From NCBI GenBank assembly GCA_028023455.1, contig JAQFVV010000010.1:3100001-3164000 (forward strand): a stretch of DNA of 64,000 nt, in the 5' to 3' direction. Both the position numbers and the translations under genes were made by a program. The notes beneath the pieces are model-generated. The model ran no database searches. It was not told the origin of the DNA and saw nothing but the letters and a program-made list of their open reading frames with translations. This stretch comes from Epiperipatus broadwayi. Its lineage: Eukaryota; Animalia; Onychophora. Each line of letters starts with the position of its first letter. Positions within the stretch are counted from its first letter, which is position 1. Shown here piece after piece: positions 40,700-53,018 of the stretch.

Positions 40700-41340
40700 C
40701 TGAAGCATCACATTATTATCATTTCTTATGCTTATACAAGCTGTTAAAACATTAGCAACTCCTTCCATACAATAGTGTCACCCAGTACAAGCTATAGTAA
40801 TCAATGGATAGTAGATTTGTGAATTAAAATCTCTATCTAGTGCCTATTTATTTCATTTTTCCAAACTATTTTCTTGCTAGTGGCCTTTATCAGTGAGGAG
40901 TCTTGAATATGAGAGCATTATACTTAGATCTTTGGATCTAATGCAACTCTCCAGCAGTCACTTTTTATCTTTTTAGTTAACTATAAAGCTATGAGTCCAA
41001 AATGAAAACATATTTTTCAATCCAAGCTTATTCACTTGTATAGTCATACAGATCTGAACACAGTTCAGTATCTAGTCATTTTGATGTCTTTTGGACTTTT
41101 AGTAATTATAGTCACCATCATCCTTTGACCACGATTGGTATTAAACCACTAAAAGATTAAACAATCACCATGTCTTATGCTTACACAAGCTATGTTGCTA
41201 CTGTTTTAACAGCTTGTGTAAGCATAAGAAATGTGATCGTGTGGCCAACAGATGTGACTATGCTTATTAGAAAACCAAAGATACCAAAATGCATAGATAC
41301 TGAATTGAGTTCAGATCAGTATGACTATACAAATGAATTA
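40700..41340 (-). mobile_element. Older family H copy: one full monomer, start of a second tandem monomer, then an inverted piece
   Basis: Monomer end recurs at about 41150 (period about 450); 41205-41340 inverted; hammerhead degenerate. Confidence 0.8.
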
Positions 41341-41379
41341 TTGAGAACATTATTGTACTTTCATTTTGAATTCATAGCT

Positions 41380-43950
41380 TTCATCATTATCACCATCATC
41401 AATTCACTGTAGGATGAAGGTCTCTTTAAGTTCAATCCATCTTCTCTGATCTCTAGCCTCTCTTCTCCACATCACCCCTACACAGTTCCTTACTTCATCC
41501 ATCAATCTCATACATGGTCTCTATCTGGGTCTTTTACAATCTTTTAGAATCCTGTTTAATATTTCAACTGTCCATCTATTATCACCTCTTCTAGCAAAAT
41601 GTCTGAACTTCATTTCAGTCTCTTAATTCTTTCAATAATGTCAGTATCGCCTGTTTGTTCTCTACTGTGTTTTTGATCTCTTCTTGTTACCCCTAACACG
41701 CATCTCTCCATACTTCTTTGAGTGGCCTAAAGTCTCTGTATTACTCTTCTGTTAAGAGTCCAAGTCTCACATCGATAAATAAGAACTGGTAAAATCCATT
41801 TATTAAAAACCTTTTCCAAACACATAGGCATACTTCCTTTTACTATTAAGTTATATCCACCAAAAACACTCCAACCAAGTTTAATTCTATGATTAATTTC
41901 ATCCATTACGTTTTCATCTATAATAATAATCTGATCAAGGTATTTATAGTTATTAACTTCTTCTAAGTCATCATTATCAATCTTTATTTTCATCTTTTGA
42001 GAAAATCCATTAGAACGTTACTTTAGTCTTTTTAATGTTTACCTTTAATCCTACTTTGGTAGCTCTTGCAACATTTCATAAAGCTCTAAAGAATTATTTC
42101 CAAAAACAACTACATCATCTGCAAAATCCAGATGGCTTAAATAATCACTTACTTTTACTCTCTTAGCTTCCCATTTTAATCCACAAAATACTTCTTGTAT
42201 GCTGCTGTAAAAAGTTAGAGATAATGACCCCCATCTCAATGTTAATCTTTTTAGTATCATTATATAATTCTAATTGTTGCTGTTGCATTTTTATAAATAT
42301 TCTTCAGAATATGGCAATATCCTGGATCAATATCTTGATGAGCCAATGCTTTAATCATTGAAGAAATGTTTATATAATCAAATGTCTTTTCATAATCAAC
42401 AAATCTAAAGTATAATGGCAACTCATATCCATTGGTCTTTTCCATAACTTCTCAATATTTGGATATGATCCACTGTATTAAAATCACTTTTAAATCCAGT
42501 TTGTTCTTTTGGTTGGTTAAAATTCAAGATTTGCTGTAGATGACTTGTAATTATCTTGGTAAAATTTTTGTATAAAACTGTAATTTCTAACATCTGTTAT
42601 CACCTTTTTTTAAATATTAATATTCCATTCTTCCAATCATCTGGTACATCTTTAACATTTAGTCATTTGCTATATAACTTTGACAAAAAAATTTCTATTT
42701 ATTCGCCTGCTTCTTTTAAGATATTGATTATAATTCCATCATTACCTGGGCTTTTCCCTTCTTCACAAATTTAATTAGATGCCTCACTTCGTCATTTAAA
42801 TGTTGTAGGAGGTCCTTGTTCTTTATTACAATATAATTCTTGATAGAATTCTTCTACCCACTTAAATATGTCATTTCTCTTTTTAATAATAGTTTCCATC
42901 TTTTTTTCTTGTTGCAGTTATAAGTTGCCTACCAATACCAAAATGTTGTTTTACATTCTCGAGACTTTTATTCCCTTCTACATCTTTCTTTGCTAGTTAA
43001 TAATTATACAACTTATATCATTGTCAACTCATTTTTGCACCATTTTACAAAATTCAATCCTTCTTAATGCATTCTTTTTATATATCTTCATATTCTTCTT
43101 TTCTTCATAAATTTAATAGAAATTTTATTTGTCAATTGCTGCTTTTTTCTGATCTTTGTTGCAGTTTTTAAAAGTGTATCAGTTATTTGCCTATTTATTT
43201 CATTCAAATCGAAATCATGTTCAAAATCTGCTAATGTTTGAAAACAATTTGCAATCACTTTAAATTCATTAGAAAGTTTCTTAAAATTAGGAATATCAAC
43301 TGTGAATATTGTTTTGCTTAATAATTTTGTCTCCAGTTTTGCATTAACATGTATCTTACACAGCACTAATCGATTATCACTTCGTATGTTGAATTTATTA
43401 TTGTTTTCCTTAATAATTTTTTTTCTCTCTAGTTTTGCATTAACATGTATCTTACATCTCACTAATCGATTATCATTTTATATGTTGAATTTATTAAGAA
43501 TATTACAATCTCAAAATATGTCTTTACTATTAGTAAAAAATAATATAATTCTGCTGTACCTTCATTTAGATGTTTGCATATCTACTTCCTTTTAACATTT
43601 TTTTCAAAAAAAGAATTCATAATAAAGTTTTTATTTTTCTGCAAATTCCACAAGTCTATGTCCTCTTTCATTTCTATTATCATAACCAAATTTACCTACA
43701 GTATTTTCAATTTTCAATTCTAGCATTAAAGTCTCCCACAACAATTTTAAAATGTTGTTTGGTCTGATCAAAAGCCTTTTGTATATCCATATAAAAATCT
43801 TCTACTACTTCATTATGATAACTTGTTGGGGCATAAACCTGAATTATCTGCATTTGGTATCTGCTATTAAGTTCAATAACCAATCTTGCCATGTCCTATA
43901 AACCATCAATCTCCACAATGTTGTTTTTCCATTTTTATTTATAATGAATC
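41380..43950 (-). mobile_element. RTE-like LINE relic (APE plus RT)
   Basis: IIQVYAPT...FY...IVVGDFNARI; FVDYEKTFD; LDFADDVV; YKYLDQ...EINHRIKLGW; (GAT)n-like 3' tail. Confidence 0.9.
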
Positions 43951-44479
43951 CTACTTCACTTATACTTTAATTTATTGTATTTAACAATTTATCTTTTTCT
44001 AACTTATGGTTCTTGTGAAAATATTATTTCTGTTAGAGTAGTAAGCATTGAACAACTATTTCTAAATTAAATTTAAATAAAACTAAATAAAAAACTTCTT
44101 TCTTTTTAAGTTAGCAAATTTTATTTCCAATATATTAAATAAATTTCAAAATGTTTAAAAATTATCATTCAAATACTCATTACCATTTTCTTCATAAATC
44201 TTGTTTATTCAATGACAAAATTCCTCTACATCCACATACATGTATATCCTATAATTACACCTATGTTTTGATCACATTCTATGGACATTTTCATTATTTC
44301 CAATTATTCCTTGTGAAAGTGACTATATAAATGAATAATTGAAAATAAATCTTGAAAATGTTATAGAATATGATCAAATGGCAAAATTATATTTGATTGA
44401 CTGCAAGATAAAGATCTTTCCAAGATTAATTTAGTTACTCCAATCCCTAATTTCTCCTCAACACATCAGCAAGCACCCT

Positions 44480-47030
44480 TGTTTTATTCATACATTCCAT
44501 ATATGATCTCTTTTTACAATCTCTTGGGATACAGTTTAAGATTTCAACATCTATTATCATTTCTTTTTATAATACATCCAGCCTAACTCCATTCCAGTTT
44601 CTTAATTCTTACAATGATGTTAGTGATATTTGTTTTCTTACACCACATGTATTTGGTTTTTAATTTCTTCTTGTTACTTCCAATATATCTCTCTATACTT
44701 CACTGAATGAATTGTACCTCTGTTAAGTGTCTGTCTCAGATCCATAAGTAAGAACCGATAAAATCCATCTATTAAAAGCCTCCCCTTTCAAACATTGGAT
44801 ATTTCTCTTTAATATTATATTATTTTTGCCAAAAGGATTCCATCCAAATTTAATTCTATGATTATTTTCATCTATTATGCTTCCATTTATATTAATAATC
44901 TGAACACGGTACTTATTCTAATTCATGATTATCTATCTTTATTATCTTTCGAGAAAATCCATTGAATATTATTTTAATTCTTTTAGCATTTATCTTTAAT
45001 CCTACTTTCTTATTTTCATCTGATAACTCTTGAAATATTTCCTGAAGCTCTGAAGCATTATATGCAACAACAATTATATTACTTGCAAAATTTAACTGCC
45101 TTAAATAATCTCCATTTTCTTTTACTCCCTTAGCTTCCCATTTTAACTCACAAAATACTTCTTGTAAAACTGCTGTAAAAAATTTTGAAAATATGAAATT
45201 ACCCTGTTGTATATCCTTCTCATTGTTAATCTTAATAATCCAGTCAATGCAGTAGCATTGTGTTATATATTCTTCAGAATATGACAGTATTCTGGGTCTA
45301 TATCTTGATGATGATTCAATGCTTTAATCCCTATAAATAGTTATAGAATCAAATGCCTTTTCATAATCTACAAATCCAAAACACGATAGCAAATCATATT
45401 CATTAGATTTTTCTATAATTTCTTTCAATACTTGTATAAAATCCACTGTGCAAAAACTACTTTTAAATCCAGCTTATTCATTGCAGATGAATTGTAATTA
45501 CTTTTTAGTAAAGATTTTATAGAGAATTGATAAAAGTCTAATAGGTCTATAATTTCTAATATCTTTTTTATTATTCTCCTTAAATACTAATGTTCTACAG
45601 CATTCTTCTGATCATTTGGTACATCTTTATCATTTAGACATTTAGTATATACTTGACAACAATTTTACTATTTTCTCATCTCTTTTTAAATATCAATAAT
45701 AATCCCATCACTTCATGAAGATTTTCTCTTCTTCAGTGACTTAATTGCCTGAATCACTTCACTTAAAATGCTAGAAATTCAAAAGATATAATAACTGTAA
45801 GAGATATTTTGTTTTCGTTTTTTATTGTAATTCTTTATAGAACTTTTTCATGATATCCCTCTTTTTACTAACAGTTGCATCTTTTTATCCTATTATAAAA
45901 ATAACTTTACTATCTATACCAAAACGTTATTTTACAATTCTAAAACTTCTATTCTCTTCTATAGCTGTCCTAACAAATTTACAATTATATTTTCTTATAT
46001 TATTAATTCTTTTTTATATCATTTTACAAAACTCCTAGATATTAATACTTATTAATGGATTTTTAAAAAAAATTAATATTTCTTCTTTTCTTTATTACCT
46101 TATCTCAGTAAAAAATTTACAGGTGAATTGTTGCTTTTTTCTACCAATTATAGTCCTTAATAGAATATGTTATTTTCTTATTGATTTCATTCAAATCTGA
46201 ACCATTTTCAAATCTATTAATATTTTAAAATGATTTGCAACTTCTAATTTAAATTCATTTGAATGTTAGAAATATCAACTGTTAATATTGTTTTTCTTAA
46301 TAATTTTTGTCTCTCTAATTTTGCATTAACATGTATCTAATATCTCATTAATCAATTATTACTTTATGTTAAATTTATTAAAAACATTATAATTTTGAAG
46401 TATATATTTTCTTAGTCAAATATCTAATTCTGCTGCACTTTCATTTGGATGTTTCCATGTCCATTTGGCATTTTTCTAAAACAAAGGTATTAATAATATA
46501 TAATTTTTCTTTTTTTGTAAACACCATAAATCTATGTCCTTTCTCATTTTTAATACCATAACCAAATTTATCCACTTCACTTTTATCTTTCTCCTCCTCC
46601 CCATGGCAATATTAAAATGTTGTTTGGTCTGATCAAAAGCATTTTGTACATACATATACAAATCCTCTACTTATCACAAAAAGAACCTGTTGGGGGATAA
46701 AGATGAATTATCTGCATTTGATATATTCCATTAAGTTGAATAACTAATCTTGCTATTCTGCCTAATATACCACCAATCACTATAATATTCTTCTTCCACT
46801 TCTTATTTATAAAAAATCCTACTCCAGGTGTGCTTCCAATATTTGTGTTTTTGTAATAAATACACATCCATTTTTACATTGTCTATTCATCTTTTCTTCT
46901 AACTTCACAAAATCCAAAATATTCCATTTGATATCAATTCTTCCAATTCATACAAACTTCTTTCATATAAAAATGATTTGCAGTTGTAAGTACCTAAGTA
47001 AAAGATTGTCAATGAATGGCAGCATGATCC
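44480..47030 (-). mobile_element. Second RTE-like LINE relic, tandem with the first
   Basis: GVGFFINKKWKKNI...RIARL...MQIIHLYPPT; collinear with 41500-43950 but more decayed. Confidence 0.85.
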
Positions 47031-47108
47031 ATATATTAAATGTGAATATAGAAAAATTTGGTTCATAGAATAAACAAAATTTGTAAAGAAAATGTTGATA
47101 ATGAATAT

Positions 47109-47999
47109 GTGTTCTGTTCTATCGTGTCAGCCACTTGATGGCGTTGATGCTAAGCAAAAACACATAGATATAACGTTCCTGGGCCAGCAATTCTATAGAA
47201 TTATTGACTTTATATTTGGAATAGGAAATAAAAGTAAATTATATTACGATTTATATAAAATTAAAAAATTCAAACAAAATATAATACATAAATTCAAACA
47301 AAATATAAAAATGTAAGCAGACTTTTAGGGACAGTCATTAATCAGAGACTGGCTATTTGGATGTGTGTGTGTGGATATAAAAAGTTAAGTTACTTTTTTA
47401 ATAGAAAATAAGAGTAAATTTTAGTCTTTTTGGGACAATAAATAATCAGACCCTGTGTTTTAAAATCAAAGTCAACTATATTACAACTTCCACAAAATTT
47501 AACAAATTCAAACAAAAAGCCGACTTTGATCTTTTTGGGACAGTAATTAATCAGAGAGTGGCATTTATGTGTGTGTATATAAAAAGTTACGTTACATTTT
47601 TAATAACAAATAATAGTAAATATAGTGGAGATGGACAATAATTACACAGTCCTCATGGAAGAGTGACGACACTGTTAGAAGGTACCAGTAGGGTTCACAT
47701 GAAAAAAAAAAGTTGGACCTGAAAAGTTCAATTATTTAGACACGATACAGTCAACACATCCTCACACGATACTGTAGCGAAAATAGACAACCCAGCATTA
47801 TGATAAAGTGCATAACACAAGCAACTATGCAGTCAATGAAGACATTTTTCTGTGCTTTTAGCATAGAAAGAAGCCACAGAGGTAGCCGGCAGCCGAGTAA
47901 ACGGACTCTTTCCGAGTTTTATCATAGAAAGAAGGCCATCTGCTTGGCTGCAGAAACGCCATATTTCTAGCAAGAGGCTGACACAATAGAACAGAACAC
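47109..47999. mobile_element. Non-coding element bounded by 24-bp inverted repeats
   Basis: gtgttctgttctatcgtgtcagcc (47109-47132) and ggctgacacaatagaacagaacac (47976-47999), one mismatch; no clear TSD. Confidence 0.55.
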
Positions 48000-48599
48000 T
48001 AAATGTGTTCCAAATAAAATTACATATTTATTGATTTTAATATTTTGTTCATGTTATAGTAGAATGGTTTTTTTTTCTTCGATGAATTTTATTTTATTGT
48101 AAAAAGATGCTCAAAGCTATATTTCTAATAAGCTAATAATAATGAATAGTATAGTGCATAATAAAATATCCTATTTCTATAGATATAAAATAAACGATTA
48201 AAAATAAACAAAAACTGTTTGATATGTAGTTATCCTCACTTTCGTATTCTACTTAATGTAGCAATTAGATTTAACCAGTTTGCTATTTTTGTACAAAACA
48301 AATGCAATATTACTGCATTATTGAAACAGTCATTTTTTAATTTAATAGTCAAAAAAGCTAGTCATATATAACGTGACATTACTTTTATACGCTTGTATTT
48401 ACAAAAATGTAATACAGAGATCGTATCAATAGCTCAAACAAGCTCTACAATGATAAGTGCAGTAAGAGAAAATATTTAAAATCTCTATCCAAAACGTTCC
48501 TATCTTCAGACCAATTGTTTTCTAGCTTATGGCTCGCCTATGAAAATAAGTGCTGGGTTTTGAGTTGATATTTTAGATCTAGTGTCTGAATATTCTAGC

Positions 48600-48645
48600 T
48601 CTTCACTGAGATGAGCCACAAGCTCGAAACCAATTGGTCTGGAGA
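48600..48645 (+). ncRNA. Family H2 hammerhead motif
   Basis: UCUUCA-CUGAGA-U-GAGC cacaa GCUC-GAAA-CCAAUUGG-UC-UGGAGA; 10-nt palindrome ACCAAUUGGU. Confidence 0.7.
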
Positions 48646-48814
48646 TAGGAATGTTCTGGAGAGATTTTAAATATTTTCTCTTACCGCACTTGCACATTCT
48701 CTGGATTACATTTTTGTAAATAAAATACTTGTTTTGTACTTCACCTTTGAGTGTAAGTTTTAAATTGTGCTTTACGCAAAAAAAGTGAAGCTTGTTATAA
48801 GCAAAGAATTATAC

Positions 48815-48857
48815 GTCTAAGCGCTTTCAGAGACCTTAAGTCTCCATATACATAGCC
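48815..48857 (-). ncRNA. A3-U8 hammerhead-like motif 4 nt after Penelope B stop (A6 mutated to U)
   Basis: GGCU-AUGUAUA-U-GGAGAC uuaag GUCUCU-GAAA-GCGC-UU-AGAC. Confidence 0.55.
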
Positions 48858-48861
48858 TACA

Positions 48862-49410
48862 TTAAGCAAAGTTTAGCAGGAATTTATGCAAAATCCATTT
48901 TCTAGAGATTGAAAAGCACGATTCTTTTCGATTTATTGCACAGTTATCATTTGCAATAAAGCATGCCTTCTTAATCTTTCGTTTCATATCATTACGTTCA
49001 GCGCATAGTGCCCTTACCATAATGGGTTTGAACACGTGACCTGTTATTTTTTGGTGCTCAAAGAATATGGATTTGTTTTCAGTATTATTTTGAGCTCTCC
49101 TGTATAAATAATAATGGTGAGATGTTCTGGTTGTAATGTTGACATGGGTCTCTCCATAATATGCTGCTCTACATCCATTAGTTGGGCATGAAATTTTATA
49201 AACTGCTTGGGTTATTTGATCAAAAGGTATTTTGTCTTTGGTATTGTTTATTATTCTGTTTGTTAAAGGTGGGGTGTGGAATCCTAGTTCGAAGGACTCA
49301 GCAAATATTTTATATTTCCTAGCAATTGCTGGGATGTAAGGTAGCAGTATTCTTGGTTTATTGTTTGTAACCGTGTCAGTTTGTAGTTTAGTTTGAAATT
49401 GCCTAATCAT
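48862..49410 (-). pseudogene. Penelope B GIY-YIG endonuclease region (5'-truncated; thumb remnants extend to about 49730)
   Basis: ILLPYIP...AVYKISCPTNGCRAAYYGET...EH...KACFI...INRKES. Confidence 0.88.
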
Positions 49411-49795
49411 TTTGTAGATAATCTTGTGTGAAAATCCAACATTTTCCAGATCTTTAATATAATTTGTGAGGTTCTTTTTGCAGTCAGCTTCAAATTTACA
49501 TAGTCTGTGATTTCTGTGCAGAAGGGAGTCCAGCTTATAAAAGTAATGTCATGTGAGATATGACTTGCTTTTTTGATTATTATAATTTTACCTTTAAGGT
49601 TTTGGCTATGCTGAGGCTATTAATATATGATAGATCTGAATTTGGTTCAGTCCCATATAGGTATTTAAGTTAGATAGCTGGAGCAAAAAACATTTTCATG
49701 TTCTAAAATTTCAAAGTTTCTACTTAAATATAACGTATGAAATAAGTGCTGGGTTTTCAGTTGATATTTTAGATCTAGTATCTGAATATTCTAAC

Positions 49796-49841
49796 TCTTC
49801 ACTGAGATGAGCCACAAGCTCGAAACCAATTGGTCTGGAGA
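49796..49841 (+). ncRNA. Family H2 hammerhead motif, identical second copy
   Basis: Same 46-nt motif as 48600-48645. Confidence 0.7.
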
Positions 49842-50933
49842 TAGGAATGTTCAGGATAGAGATTTTAAATATTTTATCTTATCGCACTTATCAATTAAGA
49901 GCTTGTTTGAGCTATGTATGCTCTCTGTATTATATTTTTTAATTTCTATTTATTTTTACATTGCCTAAATTATTTTTATTTTTTATGTCAAATTCTATTT
50001 CATAAAATGATGGTGAGAAATTGTTCCACTTGAATTTTAAGACATTATTCTAAAAGCAGTAATATTCAAAAATAATTGTTGTTTTATTTAAATATAATAC
50101 AGAATAAAAAATAATATTCAATTTTTTTTAAGTAGAAATCGGGTGGATGGAAAGTGTGAGATAATCGATGATTAGAATTAAACTGCATTAAAAAATAATT
50201 TAATTTGTAAAAGTTGACAAATCTTATTTAACAAACAGTAATTCTCCTATTTTATTGGCTGGAAATAAAGACAGAAGTTTCAATTGGCTAATGCCGAAAA
50301 GGGTACATTTATAATATATCAATAATAATAAAATAATCTTTCGTTCGAGACTACATATGATATTCGACTACTAAAAGTAACTGTAGAGTTATGATCAAGG
50401 AATTTTTAGTTCTTGCGTCTACTATTGCACTAAACACGAAGGACAAGTGCCTGTAGTTAAATTAGCTTATAACAGGAATCCCTAAAATATATAGATAGAG
50501 AATTAGCTTTAGTGTTTAATATAGTAGAATCGTGCGTCCAAATGTGTGTGTAGAACATAAGTAATTCGTAATACAAATTGAAGTAAATAATACTTTTATG
50601 ATTTATAATAAATAGTCAGGAACCTTAGTGTACAAACAGTTTGATTACAGGAAGGTGACTAACAAATTTTAGCAATGTATAAACAATTTTACTTTCAAAA
50701 TTAAAACTTTATTTATACCTTAGAGTAGATACAAGAGAAATCAATGATATCATAAAATTAGGTCAACAAAATACTTCGTTTAACCTAAAAAAAATTTTAA
50801 TGATCAAATTAAAAGACAGTAAATTTATTTTTAAGATATGGCCTAAAAATCTTTAAGTCAAATAAAAAACAAATTAATAAAGAAAATATTAATTATTTTA
50901 GAAATCGTTAGAAACAAATAAATTAAAATCTAC

Positions 50934-50967
50934 CAGTTAAAATTCCAAAAGAAACTGGGCTAGACAT
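50934..50967 (-). CDS. GPHN: Gephyrin exon 1 (MSSPVSFGILT, phase 1)
   Basis: ATG at 50967, GT donor at 50933-50932; G+TT joins exon 2 to give the conserved LT-V-SD start of the MogA/G domain. Confidence 0.8.
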
Positions 50968-51317
50968 CTCTAACAATTTTTACTATTAGTGTTGTCTGGT
51001 GAATATTTATTTTATATTAATTTTCGTATTTTAACAATAGTGTATTACATGTTTTGCGTAAAGTAATATATGGAATTTTTATTTTTACCTTCAATTACTA
51101 TATTTATTTTTAAGATAATATGATATAAAAAGTTTAAAAAAAAAAAAAACATGTTCAATGTTATCAGGATTTTAATATCATACAGTAAGTAACGTGTTTT
51201 ATCGATAAATTTTGTCTAGTTTCCATTGCTAAACTAAGCATTTGGACTTTAAAAATTTATAACATGTATTTTTTTTTAAAGTAAAAACATATTACCTTGT
51301 TTATCTTAATTCTATTA
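50968..51317. promoter_or_regulatory. Probable bidirectional promoter between gephyrin and NDUFAF5
   Basis: Divergent start codons about 350 bp apart; no specific motif identified. Confidence 0.55.
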
Positions 51318-51554
51318 ATGGATATGGGTCGACTTGGCCTTAATGCATTATGTGTTAATTATCAAAGATTTTTCGCATTCAAACCTAGATATAAATGTAG
51401 TTATTATCGAACAATTCAAACTAGTAACCAATTAACCGATTCATCTAGGCAAGAACAAACTATGAATGTTTTTGACCGGAGAGCAAAAAAATTACAAAGA
51501 AATCGTGCAGCATTAAATGAAGATATGAGAATATATGAATACCTTAGAGAAGAG
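51318..51554 (+). CDS. NDUFAF5: NDUFAF5 (mitochondrial complex I assembly factor) exon 1
   Basis: Presequence-like N-terminus then MNVFDRRAKKLQRNRAALNEDMRIYEYLREE followed by GT donor; matches LNIFDRDLKRKQKNWAA...FDYLREE. Start may be 51318 or 51324; later exons not located. Confidence 0.85.
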
Positions 51555-52111
51555 GTAAAGATGCAGAAATGTAAATTTTGCTTTGTTATAATAACAAAAA
51601 GCATGCACACAGTACATGAAATAGAATATCGAAATGCCTGAGAATGTATTTTTTAGTCATTTTTTCTTATACAGAGACATCGATTGTAAACAAATATAAT
51701 CGCAAGATCATATATGTTTTACTCTTTTTCTATAAAAAAGTTTCAAATTTTAACCCATTTTTTTAAATATAAATAATTTTTTTAATTTAAGTAAATTTTA
51801 TCTGGTACAAATAAATAGATTACTGCATATTTGATCAAATTTGCAAACAATTAGAAAATTAAACTAGATTCAGATAAAAAATATTATTTAGGTGTTACAA
51901 AAAATCTAGTCTACATTATTCATCTTTTTAGATTACATTTCTCTTAAGGCATTCACATCCATTCATTTCTAGCACTGTATGTATCAAACATGTACAAAAT
52001 TTTAAATTTTTTAATTATACACAGAATACAGAATGTATTTCAAATTACATATATTGCAGCCTATAAAAAGTGGGTGATATATCTATAAACCACTATGCAT
52101 ATTTGATGAAA

Positions 52112-53018
52112 CAGGCAAACTCACTATATATATTACCACACACAGCAAGCTAGGGTAATCAATGGATGCCAGAAGGCTTGTGCATAAAATCCCCATCTAA
52201 TGCCTACTCATCCAGTATCCCCAGACTAGTTTCTGGCTATGGCCTTCATCAGTGAGGAGCCTTGGATCTGAGAACACTGCATCTAGCTCCTAGGATCTAA
52301 TGCAGCCCTCCAGTAAACACCTTTCATCTCCATTTAACTACAAAACTATGAGTCTTAAACTGAAAATACCTTAATGTTTTCAATCCAAACCCATTAGCTT
52401 ATATAGCCATATGGGTCTAAACCCAGTTCAGTACCCATACATTTTGGTGTCTTTGGTTCTTTAATAACCATAGCCACCACTATCCTATTAGGCAGGATTG
52501 ATTTTAAGCCAATAAACATCACAAGACCACATCCTCTTATGCTTGTGTATAACTGTTGTTTATTGGCTTAAAACCAATTCTGCCTAATAGGATAGTGGGG
52601 GCTATGGTTATTAAAGAACCAAAAACACCAAAATGTATGGGTACTGAACTAGGTTCAGACACATATGACTATATAAGCTAATGGGCTTGGATTGAAAACA
52701 TTAAGGTGTTTTCAGTTTTAGACTGAGTTTTGTAGTTAAATGGAGATAAAAGGTGGTTGCTGGAGGGTTGCATTAGATCCTAAGATCTAGATGCAGTGCT
52801 CTCAGATCCAAGGCTCCTCACTTACGAAGGCTATAAGCCAGAAACTAGTCTGGGGATATTGGATGAGTAGGCACTAGATGGGGATTTTATGCACAAGCCT
52901 TCTGGCATCCATTGATTACTCTAGCTTGCTGTGTGTGGCAATATATATAGTGAGTTTTGCCTGTTTTAACAACAGTTATACACAAGCATAAGAGGAGGTG
53001 GTCATGTGATGTTTATTG
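52112..53018. mobile_element. Family H inverted dimer with 15-bp target-site duplication
   Basis: Arms 52112-52514 (minus) and 52561-53018 (plus); gcatatttgatgaaa at 52097-52111 and 53019-53033; hammerheads at 52218-52258 (minus, CUGAUGA) and 52815-52856 (plus, CUUACGA). Confidence 0.92.

Larger units (their letters stand above)
48380..49930. mobile_element. Composite: inverted H2 piece, H2 repeat, antisense Penelope B fragment, H2 repeat
   Basis: H2 minus 48380-48535; H2 plus about 48538-48720 and 49735-49930; Penelope B minus between them. Confidence 0.85.
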
